From: Candidatus Gottesmanbacteria bacterium RIFCSPLOWO2_01_FULL_39_12b
Lineage (GTDB): Bacteria; Patescibacteriota; Microgenomatia; 2-02-FULL-39-11
Reading direction: 5' to 3'
DNA: 64,000 bases
NCBI GenBank assembly: GCA_001780955.1
Contig: MFJR01000007.1
Coordinates: 342,171 to 406,170 of the forward strand
Part shown: positions 51,906 through 59,163 of the stretch, one piece after another
How the letters are laid out: each line of letters starts with the position of its first letter
Numbering within the stretch: position 1 is the stretch's first letter
The notes under the pieces: generated by a model
Databases searched by the model: none
The model's input: the letters and a program-made list of their open reading frames with translations, nothing else
Told to the model about the DNA's origin: nothing
Translations under genes and position numbers: made by a program

Positions 51906-54181
51906 TCTGTAACTGGATTACCAACATATGCACCCAAGTAAGTTATTGGCCCCTTAATTGGAGTAAGATCATTTGCCAATGGAGTTTGACCTATAAAAAC
52001 ATAGCTTTTATTACCTTGGTCATCATACTTTATCAAAAATGCTTTTATTGATGCTCTATTGTTATTGTTAGAATCATAAAATAACTCTAATCGTATACTT
52101 TGTTTAACCCTTAGTTCAACTTCTTGAGGAGAAGAAATTTCGGCATCAGTTGTAGATCTATTCGTATTTACCCTATATAAAGAAATGTAATATTTACCAC
52201 CATCATAATATAGTCTTATTCCACCTGCTGTTCTAAACTTTGTATCTTCATGGGTGGCATCAACATGCATACCAATTGATACTAACATTGCGATAGGATC
52301 TTGATCCCATCCCGAATTTTTTAAGTTTGATGGTGCTTTTAATACGTTAAACGACTCTTCCATTGCCCATGGTCCTTCAGGTTGTTGGGGATATCCACCA
52401 TGTTCGATTGTTACATAAGCACGTTGATTACCCCCAGTTCTAGGCCTACCATTAACATCTGCATAAATTACAGCTCCGTCAAAACCATCAAATGTTGATA
52501 ATCTTTCAACAATTGTATTCTTATTTATATCTGGTGATCTACTATAGTAATAACCTCCATATAATATTGAAACACCAGTCTGATTTATAGATTGACTAGG
52601 GATTGAAGCTATATTTACAGCTAAATATATAGGTTTTATTAAAAGCTCAGAATCCGGGGTAATTACAGGCATAGGCGTATCAGTTGGAGCAGGCGTTTCG
52701 GTTGGTGTAGGACTTGGAATTGCAAGACCTGAATCCAACCACTGTTGGCTTCTGGCATCAAAAACACTAGCTACCACATCTTCACCAGATTTGACCTGAT
52801 CACTGGTAGTCCCTAAATAAGCAAATTCAGTACCGTTTTGAAAAACTACGTGAATATTTCCAACGCCACCAATATTTCTAAGATCCAAAGGCGTAAGAAT
52901 TCTGTCAGCATCCTGCGGAACCGGTCCGTCACTAATCCATCTTCCGAAACTTTTTTCCTGTAACCCAGAGGCTGAATCCAGCAGTAAATTTAATTGACCA
53001 GTCGCACTATCCTTTGATACCCACAGTTGATTACCGTCTTTTGAAGCTAAAAGGAGTAAACTTCTAAAATTATCACCGCTTAGTCCATTACTGAAAAAGT
53101 ATACTTGACCTTCCGGCACGCTTACCGCCGTTTGATCCAATAAATATTGCATGTTCTCCGCTAAAGAGCTTGCGGTATTTGGATCAATACCATATCTGCC
53201 AGTAACATTAAAAGATATATCTTGCATTTCTTTAAGGCTAAATCTATGGGCTTTTACAAAGAAGTCTTCTTCATGTCCGCTAGGATTACCAATTTCGTCT
53301 ATTGCTTCAAAGATGCTTCTAGGATTATCCAAAAATCCGAAAAGGTTTTCCGCACTATAAATCGGCGGGGGAGGAGTCTCTGTTTTCGCCGGATTAACTT
53401 CCTCAGAAGGGGTAGCCGGCATTGGTGTAGCTGTCTGAGAATCAGGAGAGGGTGTATTACCATCGCCGGGAGAAGGTATTATTGGAGTTGAGGAACCTAC
53501 AGCAGGTGCAGTGGTTCCGATCACAAAATCACATGCTAGTCCCAAACCCGTTAATACTGTAAAACCAATAGAAATTGTTTGTCTATTATTATAATGTCTT
53601 AACCACTTTTTTGTCCGAGGATCATCTGGTTTTAGTAAATATGAAAATGGACTTCTGCTCAGTAAAGGCGATTTTCTTCTCCGTAAAGTTTCTAATAATA
53701 AGTAAGATGCAGCCGCTACAGACCCAACAGAATTTAAACCCATGAGGAAATCTGTTAATATGCTTCCGTTTTCATTTTTCCCGGTTGCCGCATCATACAT
53801 TGGCTGCATACCAGGACCGACAACGCCATTCTTAAAATCATCTACCACGGACTGGAAAGCTCTTACAGCTTCTGGTTTACGCTCATGGAGCTCCCGAAAC
53901 GCTTGAACTGTTATATTAATAGTATGTTCATCAATTCCAATTGTTTCAAAACCGCTTCTTAAACGACCCACTGCATCCTCAAAAACCGCGTCGGGGATGC
54001 TTAATCTGTCAAATACTGTTACGCGGCCAGGATCGGGAATACCAGACTCTCTCTCAAATCCTTCATCATGTGGGGTGGAAAGCGTTGGAACCCCATTAAC
54101 CATGGAACCAGGCCCTCTAGATGGGTTTGTTAAAACACCGCTTGGGACTACTCCTACTCGTTCTGCTATTACTCCTACCAT
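51866..54181 (-). CDS. 771-aa bitopic surface protein: ~190-aa cytoplasmic N-domain, one clear TM, P/T-rich linkers, C-terminal beta-rich domain
   Basis: No N-terminal signal peptide. TM at ISIGFTVLTGLGLACDFVIGTTAPAV (about aa 195-220), then SSTPIIPSPGDGNTPSPDSQTATPMPATPSEE and PSPTPTETPAPTDTPMP linkers. It has its own promoter (next feature). Confidence 0.6.
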   Translation of the reverse strand: MVGVIAERVGVVPSGVLTNPSRGPGSMVNGVPTLSTPHDEGFERESGIPDPGRVTVFDRLSIPDAVFEDAVGRLRSGFETIGIDEHTINITVQAFRELHERKPEAVRAFQSVVDDFKNGVVGPGMQPMYDAATGKNENGSILTDFLMGLNSVGSVAAASYLLLETLRRRKSPLLSRSPFSYLLKPDDPRTKKWLRHYNNRQTISIGFTVLTGLGLACDFVIGTTAPAVGSSTPIIPSPGDGNTPSPDSQTATPMPATPSEEVNPAKTETPPPPIYSAENLFGFLDNPRSIFEAIDEIGNPSGHEEDFFVKAHRFSLKEMQDISFNVTGRYGIDPNTASSLAENMQYLLDQTAVSVPEGQVYFFSNGLSGDNFRSLLLLASKDGNQLWVSKDSATGQLNLLLDSASGLQEKSFGRWISDGPVPQDADRILTPLDLRNIGGVGNIHVVFQNGTEFAYLGTTSDQVKSGEDVVASVFDARSQQWLDSGLAIPSPTPTETPAPTDTPMPVITPDSELLIKPIYLAVNIASIPSQSINQTGVSILYGGYYYSRSPDINKNTIVERLSTFDGFDGAVIYADVNGRPRTGGNQRAYVTIEHGGYPQQPEGPWAMEESFNVLKAPSNLKNSGWDQDPIAMLVSIGMHVDATHEDTKFRTAGGIRLYYDGGKYYISLYRVNTNRSTTDAEISSPQEVELRVKQSIRLELFYDSNNNNRASIKAFLIKYDDQGNKSYVFIGQTPLANDLTPIKGPITYLGAYVGNPVTDYEIVVGEMKIFR

Positions 54182-54192
54182 AATATGATTGT

Positions 54193-54220
54193 ATTATATA
54201 AGTTTATAGGTCATTTGCAA
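54193..54220 (-). promoter_or_regulatory. sigma70-like promoter TTGCAA-16-TATAAT, 11 nt upstream of the 771-aa gene ATG
   Basis: The minus strand reads TTGCAAATGACCTATAAACTTATATAATACAATCATATTATG. No SD. Confidence 0.45.
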
Positions 54221-54275
54221 AATTCATCATATTTATAATGATAAATATGTGTTTTTTAAACTTTGATCTTATATT

Positions 54276-57200
54276 TTAATTTAGAATGTCACCAGGTCTG
54301 AAATATCCATGTTTGGTAAGTTCTGCTATAAGTTCACCTTGTAAAGGGATATTATCCGGAAAAATGGTCTGCCTTATAAAAGTTATCCACTTCTGCCCGG
54401 CAATCTTAGCGTCCGATCTTTGTCTTTTGTTTGCACCCGGACTATTATCAATTTGTATTTTAATTGCGTTATCATCTTCGAAACAGTAGTCTGGAGTAAG
54501 ATTGATTTTTCTCAATTTGTACTCCCAGATGCCTTTTGCACCACCTTCAACTGCCGGTTTAAAATCCGTCCGTGAAAGAACAAAGAAAGCTTTGGGTCTT
54601 TGGGGTGTATATAATCCGATATTGAGAGAGGTACCGCTTCCAGACAAAAAATAGACAGTATCCTCAGAATAACCGACGGACAACGTTTCAACTGTTATGG
54701 GGTTTGAAAAACCGGTGTAGAAATGTTTCTTGCCATAATTTCTCATTGCCTTTTCGTGATATTTTACTACTTGCCTGTATTCTTCTGTTATTGTCTTTTT
54801 TAATCCTTTTTCTTCTTTACCTTCAGAAGTTTCATAACCTTCTATATCTCTCAGTATTGCATCATTAAAGCTGTCGATCACTTTTTTAAATCCGGGGTTT
54901 TGCAGGACATAACTTCTTGCCTGGTATAATTCTCCAACTGAATTAATAGATGACCACTCAAGGTCATGCAAATATTCCTCTGATATTGCCTCAATCCTGC
55001 CTCTCCACGTATTTCTTATACGTCTGCGAATAAAATTATCAGAGATCAAATAACTGTCTTTCTCGGTTGTCGTACCCATCCTTTCTTTGTAGGCAGTAAA
55101 AGCTCTGCGTTCAAGCATCGACCTAAACTCATCATAGGCATATAAAAGAAGCCTTTCATGTGATGTCTGTTCATCATTATCCTGATGAACTCTTTCAATA
55201 ACGCTATCTTCATAAGAATTTGGACTAATGGCTAAACTATCCACTTCGTCGCTTAAAGTGTTTCTTTTTATAACAATCGGTATATCTTTCAGTCCCAGCC
55301 TGCCGCCGGTTTTATAGACAATCCATTCCACCTCCCCAGGATGACCTGCCCTTCTGGTACGTTCCATAAGCTGGCGAAGCATGGCTTTATTTTTAAATGA
55401 GCCCCACAAAACAAGAATCAAACCGCCGACTCTATCAGCTTTCTCCGTTGTTTTGACATCTATCATTCTTCCTAACCGGGGATTACTAAACGTAAGATGT
55501 TTAACATCTCCGGCTTGAGCGACCACTTCTTCTTCATGCTCCAGAGAATCCTGAGAGGTAACCATTTTAACTTGGTAAGAACCTTGCGGATCAATTGTTT
55601 TTAAATATTTTTGCAACTCCATAAGTTCCAGATCATTCTCACAAATTATCTCAACCGGTCTGCCTTTTGCTCTGGCTTGTTCAAATATATGAGCTAATCT
55701 AGCCTTAGCTTTCCGATATTTACCGTGTACCCTTAAATCAGGTATCGGAGCCTTTTCTCCAATCCAGCGTCCAATCTGTAAAACATCTCTGCCGGTAAAT
55801 TCATTTATTTCATCTCTTATATGTGCCAATGTTCCCGACACCAAAGATACGTGATAATTACCATACCTCTTTTGTAAAAACATCTGAAACCCGGTTTCAT
55901 CAGACACAGTATCCGGACGGGATCTGAAACTACATGTCCTTTCTTTGACATCAACTGCAATATCTAATAAACCTCGATACTGATGGGTTGGCAACGGATG
56001 TCCTGTTTCCGGATCGATAATGACTACACCCTCTTTTATCCTTCTATAGCTTTGCCCTGAAATAAGCTGTTGGGCTGAAAGCCACGCACGGTCGTAATGG
56101 TAAGTAGGGTCATAAGCAGGTTTAACCTCATCACCTTCCACCGGATATTCATCCTTAATTTCTCCAATGTGTGAACTGTATTGTTTGACCAGTTTAGCAA
56201 CATCTCTAACATTAAAATACACTCTTTTTCCTTTACCTTCCTTTACTCTACCTACTTCCAGTTTGTATTTTTCCATAATTCTTGCAAATTCGTCTCTTAT
56301 CCTGCCTGTTAAGGCAAACATGTGTTCGTTTTGTAATGTCCCATCCTGTCTCACCATCCTAAGTCTTTTTTTTAACCTTTCTTCGTATTCTGCTTCAGTA
56401 TTACTCTCATCCCGATCGTTGATGAAGTCTAAATCATTTCTTTCATCCAAACCTATTTTCCGCTCTTCTTGCATAGCTTGACACACCTCATCTACGACAC
56501 ACATGGTAATCCAGGAAGGAAGATAGGTTGCCAAAGGATGATAATCGGTATCCTCCAACTCATAAGTGCTTCCGCGAGTCAGAGGTAAATCTCCTTCGTC
56601 ACCGACAAGGCTTACCTTTCTTTCACCCCAGACTTTTTCCGCGTCATCTGTCATCGAGCAAAAGACAAAACCCTTGTCATCGGAAACGATAATGTCTGCC
56701 GGTTTTTTGGAGTCATCTGTTTCGAGATTATATTCTCTGCGGTTGTTAAATCTAGAATAATTAACTCTAGTTACCAAATCCTCTATTTTTTCTTGAATTT
56801 TGCTTTTGAATTCCTGTTTTTCCTGGTCTGACAAAGAAGAGGTAAAGTCGATGACATCTCTAACGAAAAGCAGCTCACGAATTCTTTTTTTTTCTTCATC
56901 CAAACTTTTCTCTTTTTCGATCGTTCCAACATTCAAATCCAAAATCCCGGTCAATTTTTTCAAGTTAGCCGTGTCTCTTTTTATAGCTTGGGGATCGCGG
57001 ACCATGAGATGAATTTGCTCGCCGGTCAGAAGTATTCTTGCGGCTACGGCCATAGGAATGACAAGGTTACTTTTACCCTGACCGCTTGGAAGTTCACAGG
57101 AATGCATGGTTTCAATCACTAAAGCGGCTTCAATCTGTTCCATTTGAATCCCGACAGACCTTTCAGGGCTTAACTTACCCTCTGCTTTTAATCTTTGTGA

Positions 57201-57572
57201 ATAGGCTATTCCCTCAGCGCCTCTAATGGATAATTCGCACAAAGCGGCAAGATAGGCATTTGTTTGGACGAAGGCTCCTTTTGATTTAGTTTTTTTAAAT
57301 TCGACAACGCTTTGGGTTAATTTACCCTTGAATTCTGAAATTGCTGCATCTATTGTCTTTTGATTTCGAAACTCAAATATTCTGCCAGATTCATCAATTT
57401 CGTCCTTGTAATCATCTTTTATTCCTGCACCCACAAGTATATTATTTTTCCTTGCTAGAATCATTCCAGCTACGGCTTTTCTCTCCCTTTCTTTACCCAC
57501 TAACCCAAGATATTCTTGAAAGGGTTCCTCTTGTAATACCCTGCCGCTTAATTTTTCCACTGTACTACTCAT
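54276..57572 (-). CDS. highly divergent SecA-like ATPase (NBD1-PPXD-NBD2-helical scaffold) with N- and C-terminal extensions
   Basis: The order is collinear with E. coli SecA motifs recalled from memory. [34 protein letters not shown] aligns with [53 protein letters not shown] aligns with [38 protein letters not shown] aligns with [38 protein letters not shown] aligns with QAG..[47 protein letters not shown] aligns with [31 protein letters not shown]. Confidence 0.7.
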   Translation of the reverse strand: [1098 protein letters not shown]

Positions 57573-57580
57573 AGACCTAT

Positions 57581-57609
57581 AGTATATATAAAATGGGATG
57601 AGAAGTCAA
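57581..57609 (-). promoter_or_regulatory. sigma70-like promoter TTGACT-17-TATACT, 8 nt upstream of the SecA-like ATG
   Basis: The minus strand reads TTGACTTCTCATCCCATTTTATATATACTATAGGTCTATG. No SD. Confidence 0.45.
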
Positions 57610-57664
57610 AGAGAGTGTATTAAATGAGAGACTAGTACTTTAATATTGCTATCCTATAGTTTTA

Positions 57665-57916
57665 TCAAGAGTGAAGTAGAAAAGGTTCTTTTATATCTTT
57701 ACCCATAAGTTTTTTAACTATTGCAGACACATTCAGTTCATCAGGAAATACACCTATTATTTCAAGGCTAATCGGTTTTCCCGTCCTGTCTTTTACGATT
57801 ACATCGTTCCTATCCGGATCATCCACCTCGCAACTTTCATGGGCTGTTTTCGGATCTCCCCACCAAATGTTGAGTGTATTTCCAATTGGGTCAAGATACA
57901 TTTTTACTTTGGCCAT
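57665..57916 (-). CDS. DUF2283-family small protein (antitoxin-like partner)
   Basis: 83 aa. MYLDPIGNTLNIWWGD...DVIVKDRTGKPISLEIIG fits the DUF2283 pattern (YD...D.L.I......., G.I.G.EI). It overlaps the upstream gene by 13 nt. Confidence 0.65.
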   Translation of the reverse strand: MAKVKMYLDPIGNTLNIWWGDPKTAHESCEVDDPDRNDVIVKDRTGKPISLEIIGVFPDELNVSAIVKKLMGKDIKEPFLLHS

Positions 57917-58236
57917 AGCTTTTCTCCTTTTCTTTTAGCTTTTGTTGTTTGATAAACCGTAACTACAAAACCGTGGTCATTTAAATATTTTACCAGGACT
58001 ATAAGTGTTTCTCTTTCAAAATTCTTAAAAAACAATCTGATATATTTGTCTCTAACACTTAAGTTTACTTCATCGGGATTTTGTAATGTTCGAATAACGT
58101 CTTGAAATTCGAATTTTAATTCTCTGTGTTTATCTGTTTTAATCTTCTGCCAGTAACTTTTTGTTGTCCTTACTTTCTTGCCAAAAACATCTTCAACCTC
58201 AAATAGAATGTTCTCGGGAAGTATATCTGTAACCAC
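57904..58236 (-). CDS. small toxin-like protein (possibly DUF4258-related) paired with DUF2283
   Basis: 110 aa with a GTG start. LQNPDEV....IRLFFK......LIVLVKYLNDHGFVVTVYQTTK resembles the C-terminal half of small RelE-fold toxins that pair with DUF2283. The family assignment is uncertain. Confidence 0.45.
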   Translation of the reverse strand: MVTDILPENILFEVEDVFGKKVRTTKSYWQKIKTDKHRELKFEFQDVIRTLQNPDEVNLSVRDKYIRLFFKNFERETLIVLVKYLNDHGFVVTVYQTTKAKRKGEKLWPK

Positions 58237-58242
58237 TTTTTA

Positions 58243-58271
58243 ATAGTATCATATACTTTTGTCTGACTCAA
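58243..58271 (-). promoter_or_regulatory. sigma70-like promoter TTGAGT-17-TGaTACTAT (extended -10), 6 nt upstream of the GTG start
   Basis: The minus strand reads TTGAGTCAGACAAAAGTATATGATACTATTAAAAAGTG. Confidence 0.4.
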
Positions 58272-58359
58272 TCTTATATCCTATAGTCTTTCAACCATGT
58301 TTAGTCTTTTTCTACTCTAAGACTACTACAATATATTTATGCTTGTCAATATATCAGCC

Positions 58360-59163
58360 TCAATTTGCTTCTGTTATTGAATTAATCGGATAGTATAGCG
58401 AGACCTCTTTAAATGGCAAATAGATATACTCGTTGGTTTTCACCTTATTGGTGACGGCAAAATAATTGATACCGGATATGTTTTGAGCGGTGATTTCAAC
58501 CGTAGCTTCTAAATCTTTTTTTCTGGTGTCATAAGAAATTCTGGCCACACCCGCCCAATCTGACTTGACTTCGGCTGGGGTAACCTTTTTGTCCAGGACT
58601 TTAGCAATAGAAGTCCCTTTGCTGTTCTCTATAGTACTGCCGACTTTCAAATCTTCGGCTATCCACGGCTCAATTTCTCGGCCTTTGACGGTAATAACCA
58701 TTTTTTTCGATTCGAATTTCGGCAAATCCCGTCCTATATAAATAACTAAACCTTTAACTTGAGTCTTGGTAAGTCTTAACTCAATTTCTGCATTGGTTAA
58801 AATCGGTTTATTTTTATACAAATAAACACCATTTTTGTCTTTATTGACCTGAAACTTCAGAGTAACGTAAACATACTGACCGCTAAGGGGACCTTCATAA
58901 ACTTCTTTATCCAAAACTATTGAACTGACAGTTCCTAAAGGGGTAACTTCGCGGTCTCCAACATCAATGGAATTGCTTATCCAGTAGGGTACCCAGTTAT
59001 ACGGGGCATTAGGCTGTGAATTCTCAGGCTTAAGAAGGGAAACGATCACATATAAGTCTGACTCACTCCTTTTCTGAGTAAAAAAATAAAAAGCCACAGA
59101 CCCCGCAAATAGGATAAAAATTGACAGAATAACGATATTAACCGGAAATCTCTTTTTTATCAT
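58360..59163 (-). CDS. membrane-anchored protein of unknown function (paralog of 45262..46077)
   Basis: See the paralog entry. N-terminal TM, and the last gene of a glycosyltransferase operon with a 4-nt overlap. Confidence 0.55.
   Translation of the reverse strand: MIKKRFPVNIVILSIFILFAGSVAFYFFTQKRSESDLYVIVSLLKPENSQPNAPYNWVPYWISNSIDVGDREVTPLGTVSSIVLDKEVYEGPLSGQYVYVTLKFQVNKDKNGVYLYKNKPILTNAEIELRLTKTQVKGLVIYIGRDLPKFESKKMVITVKGREIEPWIAEDLKVGSTIENSKGTSIAKVLDKKVTPAEVKSDWAGVARISYDTRKKDLEATVEITAQNISGINYFAVTNKVKTNEYIYLPFKEVSLYYPINSITEAN

Noticed and set aside
54276-57572. A classical accessory Sec (SecA2/SecY2) system.
   Set aside because: No SecY2, Asp1-3 or serine-rich repeat adhesin is present in the window, and the ATPase is far more divergent than SecA2 proteins. 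The idea is kept only as an analogy.
51866-58359. The SecA-like segment as a prophage or integrative element.
   Set aside because: No integrase, recombinase, phage structural gene, tRNA attachment site or long flanking direct repeat is present. Only a short 8-mer recurs.
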